Positions 51,285 to 63,249 of a DNA stretch of 64,000 bases are shown one piece after another. Origin of the DNA: Paraspadella gotoi (lineage: Eukaryota > Animalia > Chaetognatha); contig CM119265.1 in NCBI GenBank assembly GCA_051294375.1, positions 17,263,172 through 17,327,171 on the forward strand, in the 5' to 3' direction. The notes beneath the pieces were generated by a model. It searched no databases and was not told the origin of the DNA. It saw only the letters and a program-made list of their open reading frames with translations. The stretch's first letter is position 1; the number at the start of each line of letters is the position of its first letter. Made by a program: the position numbers and the translations under genes.

Positions 51285-54110
51285 TTATAACCAAACTACC
51301 TCGTCATCCGCTGCGTTTATGTTTCTTGAGCGTTGCGACAGATTGAGGTTAGGTTCCTTAGAGAGCGACCTCGATTGGCGGACATGATCTGTGCGTTTCG
51401 ATCGCCAGGACGTGTCCCTTGGCGACCAAACCTGTCTCTTGCTGGAGGAGCGTTTCTTCTTTCGGCCACTCGCGTTTTTCGGTTTAGCTGGTGAGACGTT
51501 TCGGTCAGTCGCGTTAGACAACGACGCGTCCTTTCGATCCTCCCTTCCTTTTTTTCCGCCGACGCCGGAACATCGCCCACTCGATCGTACAGTTTCCCTA
51601 TGATTTTGAGACGATTTGACTGTTTTGTTGACGTCCCGATTCTCGGCGTTGAAATCCATAGATTAAGAAAGATCAGTGTTGGGCACGGAGATACGAGACG
51701 GATCTGACTGGTGAAGTTCGGTATCAGTTGAATGGCTGAGGCTCGAGTTAAAATTTTTCTTACGCTCCAATATGAATTTTAAAAAAAGCTCAAATTTGAA
51801 AAAAAAAATAAATAAAAACGTAAGAATTAGCTACGAAATGCCTAACTTAGCTTTTAATGTTGATGATGAAAAAGGAAAATTTAAAAAACAAAACGTAAAA
51901 AACAAATCAAAATTAATCTTTGATATCGTGTACACTGTTCGTGTACAGTGTACACTTAACACTTACAAGCTGTCAGCAAGCGTAAAACAATATTTCTTGT
52001 ATCAATTCCTTGGCCGATTAAAAACATAAATACGCTTGTTTCTTTCCTTAAAATTAAGGAGCTTATCATAAATTTAAAATTGATATAGCATGACGATAAA
52101 GGAGATGTTAAAAATAATTATTAAATGACATCGAGATTCTCACGGTCTACCGATATAAGGAAAAAAACAAATAAAACGAAATAAACGTATAACCGCAAGT
52201 TGACATTTATGCGTATGTATTTTATCACGATACGTCAGCTCTTACAAAAAATTACAAGTCACAAGAGCATTATTGTAATTTTACGTTTAATTTTAATTTT
52301 AAGAGCGTTTCTTCACTTCACTGTTTCTACCATGTTGGACTGAACTATTTTTTTTAAAAATCGGTGTAGTAAGATTTATCTTTGGTCACTTTGCTCTTCG
52401 CGTAACAACTGGCGGGCGTGTTGGGCATTCCTGGACCTCGGATCGCTTCGCCCCTAAGTGCAAAAACTTTGTTTTAATCAAGGATTGTTAACCAAAAAAA
52501 TGAGCGAGAGATACCGTTTGTAAAAAATCCCTATGCTGTGATCCGGAATGGGATTAGACTCGTAATATCGCTGGCGCATGTCGTCGTCATCGTCGTCGAA
52601 CTTTTTCATCGGCTTCGCTTTTTCCTTCGACTACCGATGGCATCAATATTGTTTTATTTCCTATTTTTCTTTTTATTTAATTATAATTCAAAATAGACGC
52701 AAATCACAGGACCCGTCATTTACTTTTGTTGCCCGGGAAACCGCGTTCTGGTTCTTCTTCTGTAAAGTGAAAACCAGGATAAAAAAATGAAAAATATATC
52801 ACTAACTAAGTAATAAAGTCGGCTAAAATTTACCTTCGGGTCTTTTTTCTCAAAATTTTCATTTTGACCCTCTGTTATTGCCGTTTCTTTTTTGTCTGTC
52901 TTGCTTATTGACTTGCTTTTGACTGACGTAGCATTCAGGTTTCCACTTTTCAAATCTTTAGCTTTGAATGATATGTACTGTAAATAAGTATTAAAATTGT
53001 TACAGAAGGTTACCACCCATCTCATTTGCTTCTGGCCGAGTTCGCCTCGGACGACTTTTAAAAAATTGTCCGAAGTTGCAATACATTACGAAATGATAGG
53101 TGCCACCGTATCCGGCCGTACAAAACCGTTTCTGGCCTTTTAGTCAGTCCATAGTTCTTATTCGAGAACCGTTCTGTCTGGGACTCCTGCCCTATTGCTT
53201 TTTATGAACAACGGTTGGCGCCGCAGAAGAGTTTTTCGGTATTAAGCTCCTCCGTGCACAAAAATTCTTACCTGAATATCTTTTGAGGGTTTGCTACGAT
53301 TGAAAGCAGTGGGCCTTCCCTGTACGTATAAGTATCAAAATAATTTTGTTCGTAATTACTTGCATCGCTTTAATTTAACATAGAAAACGGCAAAATTGCT
53401 TAATATTTAGATTGCATATCTATGTCTAATTGTATAATATATATATATATATATGTATATTGCGGCGGTATATTCACACCGCCTCACATCCACCATTGCC
53501 CCAGAGGGGGAACACAGCATCCAAGGCGCTGTGTTCCTTCCACAGTCCTAACGACTTCCCTCTGCGTTGGCAAAGCGAGACCGTCCCAGTGACTGGCGTC
53601 ACTGAGGGTCGGAAGCTCCCAAAGCCAACAGCGAGATGCCCCATCCCAATGGGCATGAAAGGCAACCCGGCTGTTGCCATAATCTGTCTAATTGTCTACT
53701 AGCTATGGGATTGACTCAACTGATTTTGAGCTCTTTCGGCTCCCGCCATTAGTGATCTTGGAACCCATCAATTTATCACTGAAGAACGGTAAAACAGATG
53801 CCAAGGTACTAAAAATCGTTAAATTCCTACGATTTTAGTAGAACAAAAAACTTACTTGTAAATCGAGTTAACATTTTTCCGTTCTGCTGTTAATACGTTT
53901 GCTAATTCGTCCTCAAACGCCGAGTCTGAATAAAGCGCTCTTTACGAATTTATTGATAATCGAACTTACTAATTTAATCAATTAATGCTTACAATTTTTA
54001 CGGTTTCGTCGCATTTCGAGCTTTTTACTTCTAAACTATATTCGAGTATTCTATCATTTAAATTTTTCACTATTTTGTCAAATTGCTTTAAAATCGCATT
54101 TTTCGCAGTC
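51285..54110 (-). CDS. Possible multi-exon gene of unknown function (Ser/Lys/Arg-rich)
   Basis: Several exon-like blocks with splice borders (53991-54110, 53855-53935, 53272-53325, 52833-52978) and ORF 51285-51659; no recognisable domain. Confidence 0.3.
53467..53682 (+). mobile_element. Twister-retroelement subfamily A; ribozyme remnant 53566-53629 lacking the cleavage site
   Basis: GTTGGC-AAA-GCGA-GA-CCG-[P1/UAA/P2 deleted]-CAGTGAC..GTCACTG-AGGG-TCGGAAGC-TCCC-AAA-GCCAAC; ends GTTGCCATAA; TGTCTAATTGT on both flanks (53423-33, 53685-95). Confidence 0.8.
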
Positions 54111-54442
54111 TAAATAGGATTTGAAAGGTTTGCAGAAAATGGATTGACGGATTTTCTCTTCTGTCCAATCAGAGAGGCTTCCCTCATGAAACGTACGGGA
54201 TAAGAGAGAGATTAGAGTGATGAGCGGAATTTATTGTAGAGAGCTCACCTCGAATTTGTTTCAGCTTGAAACAAATTCCCAAGTTCCCAAATTCCCTAGT
54301 TTATGAACTATTTCCTTCATACTTTAATTTATCATTTTAATCATCGTAATCTCCCTCAATTATTATTATCTACTCGTTTATTAAGGTTTAAAAAAACTCC
54401 TCTAATTTTCTGGTAATAACACACGCCCGCGTTACTTCGTTG

Positions 54443-54488
54443 TGGTGGCAGCTGTCGGATTCTAAACCGGGCATCAGAATAGACTGGT
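54443..54488 (-). pseudogene. Degenerate tRNA-Leu 3' fragment with CCA
   Basis: Minus strand accagtctattctgatgcccggtttagaatccgacagctgccacca resembles the tRNA-Leu 3' half and the 37803 copy. Confidence 0.5.
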
Positions 54489-54642
54489 CACTAGTCACTA
54501 CGTTACTTCGTTCAAATTATGAACAGACTTTTCCAAAACATAATTAGATATTAATAAAACATAATTTATATTCATCCAATGACTGCTATGACAATAACAC
54601 GAATAAATATCTTGAAAAAATGTTTTTATGTAAGTCGCGATG

Positions 54643-57600
54643 TCAGATGTTACCCCATTTGTCCAAGATTTGCTGGCAATATTTGGGCGTTCGGTGTTTA
54701 TGCATGGCGGCCTCGCAGCTCGACACCAATTCCTTGGTGCTCACGGAACCGACTTGCAACAGAACGGAGCACACCAGTTCCTGAAGAAAAGAAAAAAAAA
54801 TAACTAAGGAAGAAAGCTTGAGAGATGAAAACCTCACTTGAAAACTCTGTCGAGGATCGTCCATGTGGATCAGAAGACCTTTGTAAATATCCTCATAATG
54901 ACCTCGAAAGGTCATCGTGTCAAAGTCCTGGAAGAACGCTCGTGAATATAAAAGTTCCGATTGAGGAAACCAAAAGATAAACTTACAGGTCTCATGGCAA
55001 TGTTGTGGAAGAAGGATTCGAAGATGGAAAGAGCTGCGGCGCGAACTTCATCGTCCACGTCGTCCATTCTGTTAACAGATTTATAGAGAATAACGCTATT
55101 AGTATTAACTGTAACAAATCACATAGAGATGTGCGACAAGCTAGAGCAAGATTGTGATCACGAATGAGCTAGTTAAAAAGTAAGTGTTTTCATTGACAAT
55201 ATCAACAAGAACGTCCCGACCTTTTCAAAAAATCCGGATACAGTTTGTGAAGCCGATCGATGTTCAAATCTTCGCCGCAGGATTCGATGAGCGCTGAGTA
55301 AAAGAAAATAAAACATTACTTTCTTCCATGAACCAAAAAAACAAAAGATTGTCATCTCACCCTTCAACACTTTGCAAGAGATTTGCCGAGTGTCAGGGGA
55401 GTCGTCCTCCATGGTGCCAACGATCTGCTTGACGATTTCTTCTTCGTGTTTCAGCATCGCTCGTTTCGAGAGCGCATGCGTCAGCATCAATTGCCACAAA
55501 CACGCGACGCAAGTGGTGCGCAAAACGGCTAAAAACAAAACTCGGAAAATTATTTTTTTATAATTCAAGTTTTCTTTTGTTTTTTTTTTTTTTTCATCGC
55601 CGTCTCACCCGCGGTTCGACCCGCCTTCCACACCAGATTCGGCATCACAGCGTCGGTGAGAAGAATCTCCGCGTAATCACCCAGTAAGACTCGTCGCGAC
55701 TCGATTGATCCTGACGAAATTAGAACCGTCACAAAATTGCATGAAAAATAAAAACAAACCAAACTGCCCAGTTTGTCAATCATTTTTTCAACCAAACTTT
55801 CAACGGAATGGTTCACACAAATTATCCTTTCAATCGGAACCGGCATTAGTGAAGAGGCGTATGAGAAGGCCGAAAAGATGCTGCCGCAACTCGAGATCCT
55901 TTTCGGGATTTAGGTTAACGACGATAATGGGGACGACTTCGTCGATGATATCCGCCACGACGTCCTCGCCTCCCGCGACGTCATCCCCCGCCAACGCCGC
56001 CGGCGAGGCGATGGCCCGCAGCATCAGCGACTCGAAAAGGCGGCGCTCGGGCGAGAGGGCGTTCCAGTACTCGTGGTCGGACTTTAGAAATTCGAGCGCG
56101 AAGCCGGCGTGGCGGCGGAGCAGCGCGGACACGTCTCCGTCCAATTGCTGCGTGTAGAATTGCGTTAAACTTTTGCATTCAGCCCATAAACACATTGAGA
56201 CACTCATATATTCCCCTAACCTCCGCTCTCGCCAATTCTTCCAATGCGCGCCCGGCGTCTTCCGCAACTTCCGGCGAATTTGTCAACGACTCGACCGCGA
56301 CGACGATGAGGAAGAGGAGTTGGGCGACGTCGTTGACGTCGGCTCCGAGGTTTACGACGATGGCGACGACGCAAGAGAGGAGGGCACGCTGGGTGTCGGA
56401 TGCGAAACACCTACATACGTTGCGGGGAAATCATAACTTACTTATTTACTTACTTTGATTTTAAAAATTATAAGGATTAATTAACGGAAAAAGAATTAAA
56501 CTAGCCTGAGAAACCTACCACATAATTTCTGGTTCCATGAGCGCCCGCACAACATCCGGAGCCACTTCGAGCAACGGCGTCTTTTCGGTTCCTCTCAAGG
56601 CGCCCGACAGCACGCGCACCACGAAGGCGGCGCCGGTTGTTTTCCTCAGCGCCTCTAACAAAAGCGGCCACCAAACGTCCGGCGTTGAAAAGTAGCCCAC
56701 CAACTCGCTGGTGCGAAGTGCGAAGGTTACAACTTCGGCCTCTTCGTCCCTGCATAAAGATTGTTCTCAACGTTTTTGCTTTGAGATTTTATTATATCGG
56801 GTTTTTATATGAAAAATTGCAAGATTACTTTAAAATTTTAAAATAAATGTAATAATAAATGTAATAAATGTAATAATAAATGTAATGTAATAATTTTATA
56901 TATGATGAGAGATCAATCATAGAAAAATATCATGTTATCAATTTGACAAGTTGTCAATCATCCTAAGGTGTCAAGTGTGAAAATCTTTGTAGGTAGTCAA
57001 GAGAAGAAATAAAGAGAAAGAAACAATGGAAGATAAAAAAAATTTTAAAAAAAGGGAAGAAAATCAAAACGAGCAAAGAAACAACTAGAAAGAAAGGAGA
57101 AACAAAGAGGGGAAGCATGGGGACGGCCGTAAGCCGCCTTGGGGGCGTGGAAAACCCTCAAGCCTGGTTCCAAGCCCAGGACCCGTTTCATGGCTGCTAG
57201 AGGGGGTTAAAGAAGTTGCGGATAGCACACTTCAGCCTAACTTAGCGCCTTATCCACATATATAAAAAAGAAAACGGAAGAAAAAAACGAGAGACCGCTT
57301 GGACTCGATCTCATAAAACAAAAACAAAATTAAAAAATCAGCTTCACAGTAGACCTGGAGCCTCTGTAAAGACCGTCCAGCAACCCCGGCAAATGCTGGT
57401 TGATGTTGTCCTCCGACTGCAGAATGAGGTAAAACATGAGCCTCGCCGCCATCTTACGGGTATCGGCTACCCAATCCTTGAGGTCGTTGACGGCAGCGGG
57501 AAGGATTCGAATCAGAGATGAGTAAATGAGGGATCGGCATCCAAGATTGGGCCTTTCGAACCCTGTGCGAGGAAAGGGGTGAAGAGCGATCGTATATAAC

Positions 57601-59430
57601 GTAAGCCCATGCTGCTTGCTGATTTTTGTTGTTTTCTATCTTCACTTATTTCATTCACCTTTTGGATAATGCGCCGGCATCGGTTTCGGATAATTGATCT
57701 TGTCTTTCAGGTCTTCTTCGTTTTCCTTCTCGTACTTGACGCCGGCGTCGTGCCAGAAGGCTCGCGCCGATTCTGCGATTTCCGGCATTTCGTCGGCGAA
57801 GGCGGCCAACAGCAAAGGGATAAAGCGATGCCAAAACGAATACCTGAGAGTTGAGCGAATTTGCTCATAAATTATAGATTGAATTTACAACAAAAGCAGC
57901 TTGGTGGCCTCGTAATTCTCGCCTGTCGGGCAACTCCAAAATCCAGTTGCCGATGACATCGACGACGGCCTGTCGCACGGTCGCCGCCCTGTCGAACATC
58001 CGCTGAGCGAGATGGCAGATGACGTCGTCAACACTTTTGTTGTTACCGAAGCGAACGACATCGCCTATTCGACGAGAGCGAACATAAAAATAAATATAAT
58101 AGTTATATTTAAATATACATTTAAATTTCCATAAATTCATAAATTAATAAATAGTTTTTAAAAAATTTAGACCATTTCGCATAATAAAAAAAATTTTCTC
58201 TTTTGTTTTTCTCGTTACTAAAGCTCCGAGACGTACGAATGTTTTCCGTAAAAACAAAAGGTCGTTCGTTATGTTTTGCGAAACTCATTCATTCACATTT
58301 ACATAAGAAATAAGTTATTTTAGTGAGAATTAAGATCTATTTTAATATCAGTACAAATGTATCAGTAATAGATACAGTTTTCTCTTCTTCTTCAGTGCGA
58401 TCGTGGTTTGAAATATTTATGTATCTTTTACAAATAATTTTTTAGTGCAATGAAAAAAAATCTTAATTCCTAAAAAGAAAATCCTTTTTAAAGTTAATTT
58501 TAAACTCAAAATAAGAACCTGTGGCGGTGATGAAAGCCACACGAACCCTTGAGTGCTGATGAGAAAGGCCCTTAGTCAGCGGATCGATCAACTGTTCGGA
58601 ACACTGATGGAAATAGGCGGGCGCCGACTTCGCTAGGAGCGACGCGCAGGCGCAAGACATTTTCTTTAAATCCGGAAAGGCGTCAAGGAGCGTACGTCCC
58701 AGGATCTGAACGAGTTTGAGAAAGAAGTAGGCGAGTTTCTTATTAGTTTGTTTTCGCCTTATTTTTCTTTTTGTGGAGGGGTAGATTACCGTATCAATTT
58801 TTTAATATGAAATAAACTACTCATTAGTAAAAAGGGAAAAGATTTACCTTGACGATATCTTCGACGTAAGGGGCGATTTTGTCGGAGACAGTTTCCACAA
58901 TCTCCACCAACATCTCGACGAGTTGAAGACGAATCTCTTCGCACGGTTCGACGACTTCCTTGCCGGCCAACCTCTCCACCAAAACGGCTACCACATAGGG
59001 TAAGTGTGACTCGGAATGTTGTGAGCGTCGGAGAACGTCTCGGGTATAGGCGATCGACAGTTCCCGACATTTCTCGACTGGGTCGTGGAAAAGTCGCAGG
59101 ACGGTTTTGTGAATCTCGCTAAATTTAAAAACATCCAATATATCATCATAGTTTGAAAAAAAAAAGAGGTTGAAATTTATCGAAAGAAACCTACTATTAC
59201 CAAAAAACGCGATCCAAAATGGCAGGATCCAATTTTAATGTGTCGTTGGAGATTCCTTGGATCGATCTTTTCCTTATGGCGCGGTTGTTGTCTTCGAGAC
59301 AATTCAAGTGTCGTCCTATTTCCTTGAGGACGTCGCCGGCGCTTGCCGTCGTCGAGTCTCCGCTTTCCGGCGAATACAGTTTCAAGTGTCGCGTCTCGTC
59401 GTCGTTGATGTCTACTGCGTCAACCGCCAT
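54643..59430 (-). CDS. DNAAF5: Dynein axonemal assembly factor 5 (HEATR2), multi-exon
   Basis: RHLNCLEDNNR, LLRLFHDPVEKCRE-like segment, VEPCEEIRLQLVE, LSHQHSRVRVA, LAQRMFD..VRQAVVDVIGNWILELPDRYSF, PNLVWKAGRTA, LLIHMDDP HEAT repeats. Confidence 0.88.
57147..57257 (+). ncRNA. Twister ribozyme-like motif, P3-type (antisense in a DNAAF5 intron)
   Basis: GUGGAAAA..CCUGG-UUCCAAGC-CCAGG..GCUA-GA-GGG-GGUU..AGCC-UAA-CUUAGC-GCC-UUAUCCAC; T1 UCC/GGG; P2 irregular. Confidence 0.6.
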
Positions 59431-59788
59431 CGTCGAGTTTTTTCTATAATTGACTTCAGGTTCCGAAAAGAAGTATGACGCGGTTTTAAAAGCCTTTGAC
59501 AGGAATAACTTTTTAAACAAATATTACCGCTAATGTCTAAAAGCGTTTAAAAGCCTAAACGCATTTACATTTACTGAGAGTTGCAAAACGTATTGTATTT
59601 TCAGTTTGTAACAAAAGTCAACATTTAATCCGCGCATTGACATTGTGAAGGCAGTGCGAAAGAAAACACCATTTTTTTTTGGTTCAATAAATTAAACAAT
59701 TTATAAGGGCTATAAACTTGACGCCTCAAACCAGTAACTTTGTCACAAAAGACAAACAATAAAACTTTTTTTTGTGATTACGAGAAAA

Positions 59789-60031
59789 TTATGGCAATTA
59801 TGGCAATGGGGAGACATGTGTGATATGATTCCCTGGGTTTGAGGCATCTCCCGATAGCTGGCGCTCAGGGCTTTGGACCTGAAGAAAACCACCCCATGTT
59901 ACTGGCGTGTTTATGCCGACTCCATCACACTTAACCAGCGTGACCGTGAGGGTTGGTGAACGAGTCCGAGCCATTGGGACGAGCTGATTTTCACCAAGCT
60001 ATACGGGAGGCGAATTTAGGATTCGCCACAC
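59789..60031 (-). mobile_element. Twister-retroelement subfamily B, downstream of the NEK4 stop
   Basis: Homologous to 17514-17734; tail is (TTGCCATAA)2 on the minus strand. Confidence 0.82.
59857..59939 (-). ncRNA. Twister ribozyme, P5-type
   Basis: GCUGGU-UAA-GUGU-GA-UGG-AGUCGGCA-UAA-ACAC-GCC-(imperfect P3)-CAGG-UCCAAAGC-CCUG-AGC-GCCAGC; predicted cut between 59913 and 59912. Confidence 0.78.
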
Positions 60032-60066
60032 AATAGTATTTCGTTGTTTTTTTTTGTTTTTTTAAT

Positions 60067-63032
60067 TTACTTCAAATTAAAAGCCGAGTCTTCACAAAAT
60101 TTCAGTTGCCAAATTTTTCCAGAATACAGATCAAACTTCTCTTGTCCTAATAGGTTGAGCAAGCGTTTCTCCATATCATTTTCTTCAACATCTTCTAAAA
60201 GTTCAAAAGCCTGTAAAAAAATTAAACATTTCTCGAAAATCAGCATCGTAACAGTCCACAAAATTGTAAATTAAATTACCTCCGCCAATAATTTAAAGCC
60301 CAATGCCTTGATGCAATCTTTTCTCAATCTGTTTATCCTGTCCAACAGTCTTCCCGAGGCGGAAATAGTCATGGTGCCATCGTAGCGTTGAGGTTTCGAA
60401 CCAAGATCATGCACGTTGTCGACAGGTGTTGGCTCCAGCGTTCGCAACTGATCATCTTCTGGGATTTCCGCCGCGACTAAAGTCGCGTCGCCGATGTCGT
60501 CCAAACTGTCGCCGCAGATCGCTTTCGTAGTCGAAGCGTTTCCCTCCTCTTCCGGAACTTCCTCTAAATTGAGAGTGCTATCGAGAAGCTGGATGAAGCT
60601 GGACATCTCCTTTTTCTTGGCACACGTCTGTTATGAAAATATTCAACTGTTCTTAAAAAAAAAGTTTGTTTTTTATCTTTTTTTAAAGTTTTTTCTTTCT
60701 CTCTTTCTTTCCCCTTCATTCATGTTTTTATAAATTAAAACTTATTTAAAACAAAATTTTTTATCTCTTTAATAAATGATATTTATTTTTCAGTAAATAA
60801 GAAAAAATGATTTCAACACCTTGCTATCGGAATCCTCATCTGAATCGACGGAACTGGCGGAGGATTTGGCTTCTCTGCTCCTCCAAACGGACTTGGGTGC
60901 CGAAACGTCGTTGTCCATATCTATCGGCGACGCTGCGCTTCTGGAGCTGACGTCGCTGCTGGAGCTGGCCGTGGACGTGGGTCGTCCGTCGGGGACGTCT
61001 TCGCTGCCTCTCAGTCTACGCTGCTGCGCCTCTTTCTCCGCTGCCTCTTTGTTCCTCTGTCTTCTTCTCTCTCTCGCGCTGCTGATTCCCGTCGGTGGAA
61101 CTTCTCGAGATTCGGTTGCGTCTTTGATCGGCTGCTGCTTCGAGGGCGGCGGCTTCGGAAGCGGACGCAGATCTTTAGGAGGAGCCTCTGCCGCCTCTCC
61201 CCCAGGACGCAGATCGTCTGGCAAAGCCGCCACTTCCTTTCTCTCAAGCTCCTTTTGTTTCCTTCGTCGCTGCCGAGCGGCCGACGCCGGCTTTTTCACC
61301 AACGCGCGGTCGTCCTCTCCATTTTCGCCATCTTTGATGGGTTCGGTCACTTTCTCATCTATTCGGCTGACCTCCCTCTTATCGTCTATCGCCCATTGAG
61401 GAGGACGAACGTCCCCTGGTTTTTTTGCCAACAAATTCCCGCCATCGACTCGCAGATCATCCTGACCGGCGCGCTCTTTGGGACCCCAACGCCTTCGTCC
61501 CGCATTGACCCGAGGTGCTGGAGGCGACGATTTCGCCCCGGAAGTTAACGCCACTGGTTTTTTTGGGGGCGAAAGTGCGGGAAAACGAGAATCTTCCTCG
61601 ACTCGCGGGCGTCGCCGCTCCAGTGGCTGCGGCACCGCTCGAGCGTTACTTCCTCTTTCTGATCCTGTAATGAGGCGATTTTTAACTCAGGCCTTAGATA
61701 CAATAACATTCTTTTTCCTCTTTCTCGTGGCAGACGGGTCACCACGGTTACTTTGCCCGGGTATTGTCAATGACATTAAACCGTCTAGACAAAGCAATAT
61801 TACTAAGGAGTGAGGAGACCATAAGGACTTGACCATGGGGACTCCACAGTACTATTGCTTTGTCCAAGCGGTTCTAATTTATTGCCAATCTTCAGGCAAA
61901 ATTTACGTGATGACATGCTAACAAAGATAAAAATAAGTATACGTTAACTTTTTAAGTAAATGTTTTATTACCGGCAGATGCAAGCGATGAACGTCTCTTT
62001 TTTGTCGTTTCTAAGAATTGAGCGATGTTTCTTTTAATAAAGGCGTTTCTTAAAATTTGATTGACGCTGGGCCTGAGGTCAGGGTTTTGATGCAGCATTT
62101 GTCGAATGAGTGTGCAGAGATCGGCGCTGTAGTTTCGTGGCATAGCCGGCATTTTTCCTTTCAATATTTTATACACCAGTGAGTTCATGTCTTTAGCATT
62201 GAAGGCGTGCTTCAAAGTTGCCATTTCGTAGACGCAACAACCAAGCGCCCATACATCGGATTTGTGGTTGTACGGTTTGTTGGAAAAAAGCTCGGGACTC
62301 ATGTAATAAGGAGTGCCAATGAGAGTGCTTGCCATGTCTGTGCTGCTGTCAAGAACGCGGGCGATACCCAAATCCCCCAACTTAACAATTTTGCTTTTTG
62401 TCAAAAAAATGTTTTGAGTCTTGAGATCTCGGTGAAGAATGTTCCGTTCGTGAAGATACTGCAGTGCCATGGAAATTTGGACAAACCATTCAACAATCTA
62501 TAAAAAGGTATTAAAATTAAACAAGTAATCTAAAAAAAAACAGCTGATTTTCACTAATTACAAATTTTCAAAATATTAAATTTTTATCAACTACGTAGGT
62601 ACTAAGTAGTTGTAACGTAGGTTCGAGGGAGGGAATGGTCATTTTCTAACATTTGAAATAGTTATAAAAATTTTCTACCAATTTCATAGCACTTCTCATA
62701 TGGCATACCTGTTTCTCCTCCAAATAGGCTCCGTTTTGCTTTTTCAACCGGTCGTATAAGTCGCCTCCTTCGCAGTATCCCATGGCGATACAAAGGAAAC
62801 CATCCTTGCTTTCAAAACTGTCTTTGTAAGCAACGATGTTTGGATGTTTTAAGGTCGATAGGAGTTTGGCTTCTTGCTCTGCGGATTCCCGTTCTTTTTT
62901 GGAAGAAGTCGACAAATCTATTTTTTTTAGAACGTATTGTTTTTTATCCTGTCGATGTTTGACTAACCATACTTCGCCGTAACTTCCCTTTCCAATAACG
63001 CGGATTCGATTGTAGTCATTCAGAGTCATCAT
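60067..63032 (-). CDS. NEK4: NIMA-related kinase 4
   Basis: VIGKGSYGEV..AEQEAKLLSTLKHPNIV..CEGGDLY; HRDLKTQNIFL..GDLGIARVL..LIGTPYYMSPELFSNKPYNHKSDVWALGCCVYEMATLKHAFNAKDMNSLVY; C-terminal ..IWQLKFCED. Confidence 0.92.
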
Positions 63033-63249
63033 TAAAGAGACTAAAGAGAGTCATCCCAGTGTTCCAGAGGTGACTAAACTTCAATTTGTACAATGTACAA
63101 TGTCTAAGATGATCACAAATGAGATAGGGTACGCCAATTGAATTTTTTAAATACATTTAAGACGACTCTTTATAGGGTATATTTGTGACAAACTAATCAA
63201 ATAAATATTTAAACATGAATTGTACTATCATTATCATAACAGAATTTCA

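Noticed and set aside
16129-53682. Selective inactivation of only sense-oriented twisters
   Set aside because: An antisense copy (16.1 kb) and the 53.5-kb copy are also deleted, while sense copies (41.3, 59.9 kb) look intact; too few copies to test.
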